In this document: piece by piece, positions 1 through 8,020 of the stretch | Layout of the letters: each line of letters starts with the position of its first letter | How positions within the stretch are numbered: the stretch's first letter is position 1 | Source: a virus | Taxonomy: Duplodnaviria; Caudoviricetes | Length of the DNA stretch: 45,334 nt | Strand: one strand, 5' to 3' | IMG/VR virus record: IMGVR_UViG_3300012921_000047 | Coordinates: 1 to 45,334 of that record | The notes under the pieces: model-generated | Databases searched by the model: none | Seen by the model: only the letters and a program-made list of their open reading frames with translations | Told to the model about the DNA's origin: nothing | Translations under genes and position numbers: made by a program

Positions 1-147
1 TCACCGCCGGATCGCGATGTCCCGCAGCGTGCGGCACAGCCCCATGAGCATGACTGCGATCGCCCGCCACTCGCTGCGATCCTCCCGCAGCGCGGCGATC
101 TTGTCGCGCAGCCGCGCGCACTCAGGGCACGGCTGCGGCCTGCTCAT
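1..147 (-). CDS. small hypothetical phage protein (48 aa, CPEC motif)
   Basis: Manually read ORF MSRPQPCPECARLRDKIAALREDRSEWRAIAVMLMGLCRTLRDIAIRR*; overlaps the end of the i-spanin; stop coincides with window start. Confidence 0.5.
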   Translation of the reverse strand: MSRPQPCPECARLRDKIAALREDRSEWRAIAVMLMGLCRTLRDIAIRR

Positions 148-646
148 CGATCCAGTGCTGGAGCCAGACGCATTGTAGTGTCGCCGCCTGACAACGCTCT
201 GTCAGCGCGCCCGGAGCTTCGGCGGTAGCATCTCCACCGGGATCAGATCCATTGTCGGCAGCGGCTGCATCAGTTCGGCCGGCGGCCGCGGTATCGGCGG
301 GCACTGCACTGCCACCGGCACGTGCTGGACCGGCGGCGAGGCGCAGGCGGTCAGCAGCGTGCAGAGCGTGCAGGCGATCGAGAGCGACGCCGTAGGCGGT
401 ATGGGTATGGGCATTGATGGTCTCCTGTCGTGTGATCTCGGCTGCGGTTCTGGCTTGTGCCTGCCGGCCCTGGGCGGCCACCTCGGCGCGGAACTGTGCG
501 AATGCGGCGACCAGGTCGTCGCGCGCCTCGCGCTCGGCCGACAGACCGCGCGTGTAGCCCCATCCAGCCGACGCCGCGACCAGCGCGGCCAGCGCCAGCC
601 AGAGCACCCACGAGGGCAGCGCGCGCACGAAGGTGCCGGCGATCAC
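122..646 (-). CDS. i-spanin (Rz-like)
   Basis: N-terminal TM segment followed by Ala/Arg-rich coiled coil; directly downstream of endolysin; contains a nested lipoprotein ORF. Confidence 0.8.
   Translation of the reverse strand: MIAGTFVRALPSWVLWLALAALVAASAGWGYTRGLSAEREARDDLVAAFAQFRAEVAAQGRQAQARTAAEITRQETINAHTHTAYGVALDRLHALHAADRLRLAAGPARAGGSAVPADTAAAGRTDAAAADNGSDPGGDATAEAPGALTERCQAATLQCVWLQHWIDEQAAAVP
202..414 (-). CDS. o-spanin (Rz1-like lipoprotein), fully embedded in the i-spanin gene
   Basis: Lipobox LLTAC then Pro-rich periplasmic segment (CPPIPRPPAELMQP); alternate frame within Rz as in lambda. Confidence 0.8.
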   Translation of the reverse strand: MPIPIPPTASLSIACTLCTLLTACASPPVQHVPVAVQCPPIPRPPAELMQPLPTMDLIPVEMLPPKLRAR

Positions 647-1290
647 GACAGCACCCGCATCGCGGTCTGGAAATACCGGCGCCGGTCCTCGATGCCGTGT
701 GTGCCGCCGTTGATCTTGCGGGTGACGGCCTCGATGTCGTTCGCGTCCGCGAGCGGTCCGATCTTCCGGTCAGTCCAGTACCAGGCGGCAGCGCGCGCGC
801 CGACGTCGGGATCGGTCAGCAGATCCGGCTGCTCGATCAGCGGCAGGCCGAGCGCCTGGCCGCAGCGCGCGTAGTTGCTGCGGCCGGTGATCTGGATCGG
901 GCCGCGGCCACGGAAGCGGAAGCCGTCCGACGTGCTCTCTGCGCCATTGCCATTGCGACCGGCATAGACGTAGCTCGCCAGCAGCACCGGCGCCCGCACG
1001 AAACCGCGGGCGTCACGTTTGCCGGCCGGACACGTCGGCTGCTGCGGGCTGGGCAGCCAGAAGCGGGACGGCCAGACTGCCAAGATGCGCCCCGCGCTGG
1101 TGTAAGTCAGCGACTCAACAAGCCGCGTGAATTCGGTGCTCTCGTGAGCGAGCTGGGCAAGCAGGTGTGCGACCTGCAGCTTCGATTCGATGCCGAACTC
1201 GCGCAGCGCTTCGTTCAGGCCGGCGGTCCATGCGATTTCGTCCGGGCAGCGCGGCACGATGCGCATGATCTGGATGGGGGAGAGGATCAT
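643..1290 (-). CDS. endolysin, glycoside hydrolase family 19
   Basis: Motifs LAQLAHES, FRGRGPIQITGRSNY, VTRKINGGTHG. Confidence 0.93.
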   Translation of the reverse strand: MILSPIQIMRIVPRCPDEIAWTAGLNEALREFGIESKLQVAHLLAQLAHESTEFTRLVESLTYTSAGRILAVWPSRFWLPSPQQPTCPAGKRDARGFVRAPVLLASYVYAGRNGNGAESTSDGFRFRGRGPIQITGRSNYARCGQALGLPLIEQPDLLTDPDVGARAAAWYWTDRKIGPLADANDIEAVTRKINGGTHGIEDRRRYFQTAMRVLS

Positions 1291-1535
1291 CGGGTCATCC
1301 TCCGGTCCGAAACGATCAGCCCTGCGACGCTCATCAGCAGCGCCTGGCCAGAGAACGGCAGGTCCGCGGCTACCGCGAAGGCCGAGGCGCCAAAGGCGGC
1401 CAGCGACACGGAGAACGCGAAGAAGCGCGGCAGCATGCCCTTCCAGCCGTCCGGTGACAGGTGGCTGGCCAGGCAGACCACGCGCACCAGCACCACCACG
1501 GCAGCCGCAATGCCACAGACGTGCAGCGCGTCCAT
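1287..1535 (-). CDS. putative holin/antiholin-like membrane protein (82 aa)
   Basis: Start reassigned to ATG at 1535 (TGATG overlap with upstream gene); three hydrophobic segments; lysis cassette position. Confidence 0.6.
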   Translation of the reverse strand: MDALHVCGIAAAVVVLVRVVCLASHLSPDGWKGMLPRFFAFSVSLAAFGASAFAVAADLPFSGQALLMSVAGLIVSDRRMTR

Positions 1536-1900
1536 CACAGCACCCCGCCTTGATCGACGCGCGCCGCCGCTACGCGCAGCAGGATGGGGACGAGGGTCGG
1601 CGACAGCACGCCGATCAGCAGCGCCATGGGTAGCCGCAAGGCGTCCACATTCATCCCGCTCAGGTAGCCGGAGGCGACGGACGCGGCGATCGGAGAGCCG
1701 TATCCCGCGAGCAGGCCGGACAGCAGCACCGCACTGAATGCGCGCGAGCGGGTGCGCACGGAGCGCAGCCACATGCAGACCAGCAGCGCGCCGAAGAGGC
1801 CAAGCCCGAGCGCGTCCGTCTGGGCGCCCAGCATGGCGACAGGCAGCACCGTGAGGGCGCCGGCAGCGGCCCCTGCCGCGGTGGCGGTGGGTTCAGTCAT
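1535..1900 (-). CDS. putative holin
   Basis: MTEPT-type N-terminus, multiple TM segments, first gene of the lysis cassette, GGAG RBS. Confidence 0.7.
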   Translation of the reverse strand: MTEPTATAAGAAAGALTVLPVAMLGAQTDALGLGLFGALLVCMWLRSVRTRSRAFSAVLLSGLLAGYGSPIAASVASGYLSGMNVDALRLPMALLIGVLSPTLVPILLRVAAARVDQGGVL

Positions 1901-1917
1901 TGCGTCTCCAGAAATGG

Positions 1918-1937
1918 AAAAGCCGCCCGAAGGCGGC
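1918..1937 (-). terminator. rho-independent terminator between tail fibre assembly gene and lysis cassette
   Basis: Minus strand GCCGCC-TTCG-GGCGGC-TTTT. Confidence 0.7.
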
Positions 1938-1962
1938 CTGATGGGCTGGGGTGGAACGACCG

Positions 1963-2493
1963 CTACCAGGTGATGGCGGCGAGCTGCTCGCGCGTGGTGG
2001 CGGCGAGCGCCTGATCCTTCAGTTGTCGCGCCCGGAAGATCTGCGCTTTTTCGTGCAGTCCCGCGGCAACGCCGAGGCCGGCAAGCTGGGTGGCGTTGAG
2101 CGTGACGAGGCTGTTGTCGAAGGTGATCCAGTCGGTTTCGAAGGCGGGGTTCAGCAGAGAGAGTGTCACGGCACCATTGATCCGCTGAATGCTCTTGGCG
2201 TCGGAGTCGAAGCGGGTGCCGTTGAAGTCGAAGCCGCCGGCGATGGCCGCGTCGCGGGCCTGCTCGATCTCTGCGATCTTCCGGGCCCGCAGTTCATCCA
2301 GCGGCGCGTCCTCCGGCGCTTGCAGGACCGGTTCGCCGTTCTGCCCGGGGACGATCTGCTGTCCGGCTGACTGGCCTTCCAGCAGCGCTTCGTATTCCTC
2401 TCTGGCCACCGCCGTGGCGTCCTGCGGGATGTCCTTATGAACCCCGCGCATGTAGAAGCCGCGCGTCGCGGCCGAGTAAAAGATCTCTTTCAT
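1963..2493 (-). CDS. tail fibre assembly protein (Tfa-like N-terminus, DUF4376-like C-terminus)
   Basis: MKEIFYSAATRGFY...IPQDA...EYEALLEGQSAG typical of tfa; C-terminal GTRFDSD...WITFDN; start reassigned to 2493. Confidence 0.8.
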   Translation of the reverse strand: MKEIFYSAATRGFYMRGVHKDIPQDATAVAREEYEALLEGQSAGQQIVPGQNGEPVLQAPEDAPLDELRARKIAEIEQARDAAIAGGFDFNGTRFDSDAKSIQRINGAVTLSLLNPAFETDWITFDNSLVTLNATQLAGLGVAAGLHEKAQIFRARQLKDQALAATTREQLAAITW

Positions 2494-2494
2494 C

Positions 2495-3214
2495 TCAGTA
2501 TCCGATGGCGAAGTAACGATAGGTTCCGGGGCGATTCGTCGATGCGTCATTCGTCGGGAACCGCATCTGGGTCTGCGTCATGTAGGCGCCGACGTACGCC
2601 TGAATGGTCCCCGACAGGCTCCCGAGATCGATCACCGCAACGCCGAACACCGGGGCGGTCGGGAACGAAAGGCCAAAGGTCAGCGTGCTGTGCGCCCCGC
2701 TCGCGGTCGTCACCGAACCCCACTGGAAGATCAGGCCACCCAACCAGCTTGGAAGAACAATGTGCCCCGTATCCCCGAGCAGAGCTGAGAAACCCGCCGC
2801 ACTCGCAATGTCAGACATTGCAGAGCGAATCCAGGACGACGTTGCGATCTTCCCGGAGTTGTCTGTCGGAGCAGTCGCAACGTCACTGGGACCGAACGCC
2901 CACAGCGCCCAGTCGGACGGGTTGGAGGCCGGCGTCTTGTTGGTGTTTGCGGTCAGGGCCTGATAGGTCGAGCCCGTCGGGCCGATGATGCGGTCGCCGA
3001 CCGCATAGGTTTCCGCCGCATCCCAGTCCGCCAGCCCGCGACGTACGAGGTAGCGGACGCCGTTCATGCAGTAGTTCAGGATCCAGTTGAACCGCTGTCG
3101 CGAGGGCGGAACCGATCCCGCCTGCCAGCCAGACTGGATCTCTGCGTTCGTGGGCTGGACGGCATCACCGCTTTCAGCCCAAGGCGGCAGCACTGCCGGT
3201 TTCGTGATTGCCAT
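2495..3214 (-). CDS. short tail fibre protein (gp53-like C-terminal domain)
   Basis: N-terminal PPSRQRFNW anchor, IATSSWI motif, GHIVLPSWLGGLIFQWG fibre motif; position after DUF2612. Confidence 0.8.
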   Translation of the reverse strand: MAITKPAVLPPWAESGDAVQPTNAEIQSGWQAGSVPPSRQRFNWILNYCMNGVRYLVRRGLADWDAAETYAVGDRIIGPTGSTYQALTANTNKTPASNPSDWALWAFGPSDVATAPTDNSGKIATSSWIRSAMSDIASAAGFSALLGDTGHIVLPSWLGGLIFQWGSVTTASGAHSTLTFGLSFPTAPVFGVAVIDLGSLSGTIQAYVGAYMTQTQMRFPTNDASTNRPGTYRYFAIGY

Positions 3215-3904
3215 TTAGAACTCCTCTGCGAACAGGCCACCGACATCCGGCAGCCCTTCCTCACCGAATGACAGGGCGTTTGCCTGTCCCTCAAAACCGA
3301 AGTAACGCTCGCTGCTGAACATCACGCGGCGGCTGATGCGCACGCCGGCCGGCCGCGGCAGGATGTCCAGGTTGGCGATGATTGCCCGCTCCACCAGCGT
3401 CAGATACCGGCCGATGGCCACGCTGATGGTCATGTCACCAGGGTCATCCAGCGCGACCAGCACGCCGCCGAAGATGAAGGACAGCGAACCCAGCAGCTCG
3501 GCCGTCGTTCCCTTGGACATGTCGCGAGCGATGCGCGCGAGGATCAGCGTCCGGTACTCGGCGTCGCCAAGCACCGTCGTGGCCGTATAGTCCTCGCCCT
3601 CCTCGTACCAACGGCCGCCGCCCGACGGGTTGTCCTCTTCTCCGAATGGCAGCGCCGCTGGGTTGCCCGAGAAGCCGAAGAACTGGAGCAGCAGAACGTT
3701 CGGGATCAGCCGCGACTGGCCGATCCACAGGCCGATGATGTCGAGCTGCGCTCCGACCGCCGTCTCGACGTCGAACGCATCCGGAATCGAGCGCGTGACG
3801 TCAGCCGTCATGGCCAGTGCACCGGTGACGGCTCCGGCAGTCGCAACGAAGCGCGGCGCCGTCCGGTGCTCGCTGGTGATCAGCGCGGTGTAGTCGCGGG
3901 CCAC
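3215..3904 (-). CDS. baseplate wedge protein, DUF2612 family
   Basis: YTALITSEH...FDVETAVGAQLDIIGLWIG...ILPRPAGV; follows baseplate J. Confidence 0.85.
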   Translation of the reverse strand: MARDYTALITSEHRTAPRFVATAGAVTGALAMTADVTRSIPDAFDVETAVGAQLDIIGLWIGQSRLIPNVLLLQFFGFSGNPAALPFGEEDNPSGGGRWYEEGEDYTATTVLGDAEYRTLILARIARDMSKGTTAELLGSLSFIFGGVLVALDDPGDMTISVAIGRYLTLVERAIIANLDILPRPAGVRISRRVMFSSERYFGFEGQANALSFGEEGLPDVGGLFAEEF

Positions 3905-3906
3905 GA

Positions 3907-5085
3907 TCAGGTCACCACGGTGATGGCGATGTCGGCCACGTCACAGGCCGCAGCCTCATCGAATGCCAGCACGACGTTCGACGTGCCGTACGCACCGGCA
4001 TCGCGCGCGACCGTCATGGCCGTGATGGCGTAGGTCATGCCCACGCTGTCGTTCCCGAGGTTCGCCGGCACGAACAGCTTGCTGTAGAGAACCGATTCGC
4101 CGATCGACAGGCCGTTCAGGTAGTCGGCGATCGCCTGGCGGATGCGCGGAAGGATCGCCGACGAGTAGCCGGTGAGCGCCTGGATCGTCATGTTGATCTT
4201 GATGTCGGCGACGGTCGGCCGGCTGAAGCGGATGATGTGGCTGCCGCCGAACGCATCGGCGACCGATTGCACGACGTCGCCGGCCGTCCCGGTGCCCGGC
4301 GTCTTCTTGATCGCGATGGTGTTCGCGATCGCCGCCACGTCGCCACCTTCGACGATGAGGGCGATGTGGTGCCCCGGCACGCCGTTGGCGTCCGGCGTAT
4401 CGCTGTCGTTCTCATAGCCGCGCAGGCGTGTCACGCCGGCCAGGTTCGCGACGCTGCCAACGATGCCTTCGAAGATCGATTGCGACGGCACCGCCACGCT
4501 CCGCGACTGGCGCACGCGCAGGGCTGCATCGGTCTCGACCGGGCTTCCGGGCACAGCGGCCGACGGGTTGGTGACGGTCTGCCAGCCGAAGGTGGGCGTG
4601 GCAATCTTGGTGATCGTGCCGGCGGCGGCCTCGATCGCGCCCAGCTTGACGCACGTGGCCGTCACGGTAATCGAGCCCGTGCCGGGGATGGTGACGGTGT
4701 CAGGCAGGCGCCACTGCGTGCCGTCGGCGTCGGTCACCAGGCCACCGGTGATCGTCGTGCCCACGGTGCCGCCGAGCAGCAGGTCCACCGTGGAAGCGGT
4801 CGGCACCAGCCGGCGGATGCCGTTCAGCTTCACGTTCAGACTGAGGGCGTGCCCCTGCGCGGTGGCCGGGCTGAACGAGTTGTAGACCTCGATGCACGCC
4901 GTGTTGCTGTCACTGATGGCGGCGGCCAACAGTGCCAGGAACTGGCCGTCCTGCGAGTCGGCTTCCAGATACACGTCGGCGCCATAGATCGCGCGGTACT
5001 GGTCTTGCAGCCACGTCAGGATGTCGGCGAACTGCGGCGCGCGGATGCCGGCCGCGTCGATGGTCGGTGCAGTCTGGGAGGCCAT
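3907..5085 (-). CDS. baseplate J/gp47-like protein
   Basis: DSQDGQ, ETDAALRVR, YEND...NGVPGH motifs. Confidence 0.9.
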   Translation of the reverse strand: MASQTAPTIDAAGIRAPQFADILTWLQDQYRAIYGADVYLEADSQDGQFLALLAAAISDSNTACIEVYNSFSPATAQGHALSLNVKLNGIRRLVPTASTVDLLLGGTVGTTITGGLVTDADGTQWRLPDTVTIPGTGSITVTATCVKLGAIEAAAGTITKIATPTFGWQTVTNPSAAVPGSPVETDAALRVRQSRSVAVPSQSIFEGIVGSVANLAGVTRLRGYENDSDTPDANGVPGHHIALIVEGGDVAAIANTIAIKKTPGTGTAGDVVQSVADAFGGSHIIRFSRPTVADIKINMTIQALTGYSSAILPRIRQAIADYLNGLSIGESVLYSKLFVPANLGNDSVGMTYAITAMTVARDAGAYGTSNVVLAFDEAAACDVADIAITVVT

Positions 5086-5086
5086 A

Positions 5087-5440
5087 TCAGAGGGTTTCCG
5101 TGATGTTCGTGGTGCCGTACTGCGTGCGCACCGTCGCGGTGATGGAGAGGGCGCGCGTGTCGCCGTTGAACTCGCTGCTGTAGCTGGCGATCTCGATCAC
5201 GCCCGGCGTGCCGAGAATGCGGGACCGGACAGCAGCGTCCGGCGAGCGGCCGCGCACGCGCTTGCCCAGCACCTCCTGATTCCAGGGCGTGCCTTCCTTG
5301 GCGTCGAGAAACCACTCGCCGCGCCACAGCGCGAGCCGCGTGCGAATGGCCTGGGCCACGGCCTCGGGCGTGTTCGTGTGAAAGGCGGCCTGCCCGCCGA
5401 GGACGTAGTCGCCGGCAGCATCCAGTTTCCGATAGCGCAT
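5087..5440 (-). CDS. baseplate protein (gp25/gp46-like sheath initiator)
   Basis: MRYRKLDAAGDY...TRLALWRGEWFLD...TQYG; start reassigned to 5440. Confidence 0.8.
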   Translation of the reverse strand: MRYRKLDAAGDYVLGGQAAFHTNTPEAVAQAIRTRLALWRGEWFLDAKEGTPWNQEVLGKRVRGRSPDAAVRSRILGTPGVIEIASYSSEFNGDTRALSITATVRTQYGTTNITETL

Positions 5441-5442
5441 GG

Positions 5443-6111
5443 TCAGGGGCCTTCGGGCGGGTTGATGGGCAGATCGACGTTCGTGACGGTCGCCCCGGTC
5501 TGCCAGCGGGTGCGCGTGTAGTTCGCGCCGCCGGTGTGCTCCCAGCGCTCGCCGAAGCCATTCACATCCCACGACCACGACTGGCGCGCATGCATCTCGA
5601 TGTCGGTCGCCTGGATGCGCACCTTCCCGCCCGGCTGGAGCTCGACATAGGTCTCGCCGTCGTCGGAGCGCAGTTGCGCGGCCGTGGTGCTGACGTTGAA
5701 GCGGCGCGGCAGCGAGCGCGGGCCCGGGATGGCGAAGCCGTCGGACAGGTTGTGCATGCGCAGCTCGGCCTGGCCCTGCACGCCGCCCTGCTGCCACCAG
5801 CTGTCGATGCAGCGGCTGCCGAACACCACCAGCACCTCGTCGCCGGGCGCGAGCGCGAAGGTCAGCGTCACGCCGCCACCGCCCGGGAACACCACCGGGC
5901 AGTCCAGCAGCAGCGGCATCTGCACGTCCTGCACGATGTCCTCCGGCGTGCGCAGCTGCGCGGTGATGGACGGCTGCACGTTGGCGACCATGCGCACCCG
6001 GTCGAACGAATCGACGATGCCGGGCATGGCCGTCCAGAGGCGGGATTGCAGGCGTGCCATCGCGGCGCGGATTGCGGCCTGTTCGTCGCTGAATCTCTCT
6101 CTGCGATCCAT
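5443..6111 (-). CDS. baseplate spike, Gp138-like
   Basis: TAMPGIV...PVVFPGGGG...GDEVLVVF...CIDSWWQ...RMHNLSDGFAIPG. Confidence 0.85.
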   Translation of the reverse strand: MDRRERFSDEQAAIRAAMARLQSRLWTAMPGIVDSFDRVRMVANVQPSITAQLRTPEDIVQDVQMPLLLDCPVVFPGGGGVTLTFALAPGDEVLVVFGSRCIDSWWQQGGVQGQAELRMHNLSDGFAIPGPRSLPRRFNVSTTAAQLRSDDGETYVELQPGGKVRIQATDIEMHARQSWSWDVNGFGERWEHTGGANYTRTRWQTGATVTNVDLPINPPEGP

Positions 6112-7091
6112 CAGCCTCGCCTCTTAATCGCCGACACGACTGGAACGCCGACCGGCTGGGTCTTCAGGTACTCGGGGTCGATGGTGGCGTCGACCGACAG
6201 ACAGGTCAGGTCGGAGTACCAGCTGTCGCCGCGACTGTCGCCGTAGTAGTCCGCCACCATCACGTAGTAGAGGCCGTCCGGGTTGATCGGGTTGCGGATG
6301 TCGAAGGTGTCGTTCTGGACCGTCGCGCCCAGGCTGATCGGCCGCCGGTAGCGCTGGATGCTCGCGTTGTTCAGCCGGATGACCTGGCCGATCTTCAGCG
6401 CGGGGTTCAGCAGCGTGCGCACCTTGATGCCGTTCTGCGTCTGCTCCGGAATGCCGATCATGCCGGTGGAGGCGTTGATCTCCGGCACGTCGCCCGGCAG
6501 GTATGCCGTCTCCGGCACCAGCTGCAGCTTGCCGTTTTGGATGCTCCAGTTCGTCAGCGAGTTGCGCGCCATGATGCGGAGTTCGTCCGCGCACTGGCCG
6601 AACATCACCTTGCCGCGCGGCAGCGGGTTGTCCGGCAGGTCTGGCGGGACGTAGCCCTGGAACACCGCGAACGAGGCCATGGACCCCAGCACGGCATCGA
6701 GCTGCCGGCGCTGGCCGTTCTCGCCGGCCGCCAGCGACAGCGCCATGGTCGAGTAGTTGTAGGCCCGGTCGCCGTCGGCGGCGTGGATGTCCAGATAGGT
6801 CTCGGTGCTGGATATTCGACCGTACCGCGTCTGCTTGATCTGGCCGTCGAAGATCGCTCCGAAATTGCCCTCGTAACCGGCCTGCAAGACCACGCGCGTG
6901 AATTCGCTGCTCATCGCCTGCTGGACAGTTGCTGGCGCGGGGTTCGTGACGCGGATGTCGGCCGTGTTCGGCGTCTCGTTGTCGCCGCGTCGCACGCTGA
7001 AGTAGCAGCGCAGGTCCGACAGGTCGCGCGCTTCACCGGTATCCGGCCCGACGATCAGGCTGAACTTGCGAAGGTACTGGGCGACGCTCAT
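6111..7091 (-). CDS. baseplate hub protein
   Basis: PNTADIRVTN, LQAGY, AADGD, TGMIGIP motifs; start reassigned to MSVAQYLRK at 7091 (ATGA overlap). Confidence 0.8.
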   Translation of the reverse strand: MSVAQYLRKFSLIVGPDTGEARDLSDLRCYFSVRRGDNETPNTADIRVTNPAPATVQQAMSSEFTRVVLQAGYEGNFGAIFDGQIKQTRYGRISSTETYLDIHAADGDRAYNYSTMALSLAAGENGQRRQLDAVLGSMASFAVFQGYVPPDLPDNPLPRGKVMFGQCADELRIMARNSLTNWSIQNGKLQLVPETAYLPGDVPEINASTGMIGIPEQTQNGIKVRTLLNPALKIGQVIRLNNASIQRYRRPISLGATVQNDTFDIRNPINPDGLYYVMVADYYGDSRGDSWYSDLTCLSVDATIDPEYLKTQPVGVPVVSAIKRRG

Positions 7092-8020
7092 GCGCGGTCC
7101 GCCACGTAGAACAGGAAGCTCTCGACGCCCAGATTGTCGAAGGTCGGCACGGCGTCCGGAGCGTTCTTGGTCTGGACCCACAGCCCGCCCGGGATGCCCA
7201 GGTGTTCGAACTGCTCGAGCAGGTTGCCTCCGGTGACCAGCGGCACGCCGGACAGCAGGGTGTCGCCCACGTTGTTGGCCACGTCCATGACCCAGCCGGC
7301 GGCCCCCTTGAACGCGAGGTTCATGTTCAGGTCCAGACCGCCCAGCGAGATGCCGAAGCTCTGCGGCGTCGGCAGCGCCGGCACGCTGAAGAAGTCGCCC
7401 GGGTTGATGCTCGTGGCCAGCGGGTTGCCGGTGGCCTGGCGCACCATGTCCAGCGGCGACACCGCGCCACCCGGAGACGGCGTGGCCGGCACAGCCTGCA
7501 CCGTGCCGCGGTCTTCCACCTCGGCGGTTTCCTCCGGGCTGGCCTGATCCTGCCGCGGCGGCAGCGTCGTCGCCTTGGTCTGCACGATGATCACCTCGCG
7601 ACACGTCGCCGTGCAGACCAGCGCGTTGCCAGTCTTCTGGTCGCGTGTCACCTGGAGCGCGGTGATCAGCATGTTCTGGTAGCGGCGCGTCGTCGTGACG
7701 ATCTCGAACGGCGTGCGCGCCTCTTGTAGCTCGCGCAGCTGCGAATAGACGTCCGACACGTAGTCGGCGCCGCTCAGCTCACCGGAGAACAGCCGCTGGA
7801 CTGTGCCCAGCAGCGCCTGCGGCGAGCTGTTCGACCACGCGCAGCGCAGGACCACTTCGTCCGGCTTCTTGAAGGCGTGGTCCGTGATCTCGGCGCCCAG
7901 CTCGACCGGATGCTCGGTGATCTGGACGGTCGAGTTGTGGATCTCTTCCAGCGTGGCCTGAATCTCGATGCCGCCGATGCTCGATCGCGGCGTGAGCTGG
8001 ATGAAGTCGAGCAGCGACAT
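7088..8020 (-). CDS. baseplate/tail-tube initiator (Dit-like) apparently fused to a DUF6983-like small baseplate domain
   Basis: N-part ITEHPVELGAEITDHA...YQNMLI; C-part PQSFGISLGG...GWVMD...GVPLVTGGNLLEQF...PTFDNLG. Confidence 0.75.
   Translation of the reverse strand: MSLLDFIQLTPRSSIGGIEIQATLEEIHNSTVQITEHPVELGAEITDHAFKKPDEVVLRCAWSNSSPQALLGTVQRLFSGELSGADYVSDVYSQLRELQEARTPFEIVTTTRRYQNMLITALQVTRDQKTGNALVCTATCREVIIVQTKATTLPPRQDQASPEETAEVEDRGTVQAVPATPSPGGAVSPLDMVRQATGNPLATSINPGDFFSVPALPTPQSFGISLGGLDLNMNLAFKGAAGWVMDVANNVGDTLLSGVPLVTGGNLLEQFEHLGIPGGLWVQTKNAPDAVPTFDNLGVESFLFYVADRA

Noticed and set aside
1963-3214. Tail fibre diversification system (DGR or invertase shufflon)
   Set aside because: No reverse transcriptase, invertase, template repeat or inverted fibre cassette seen
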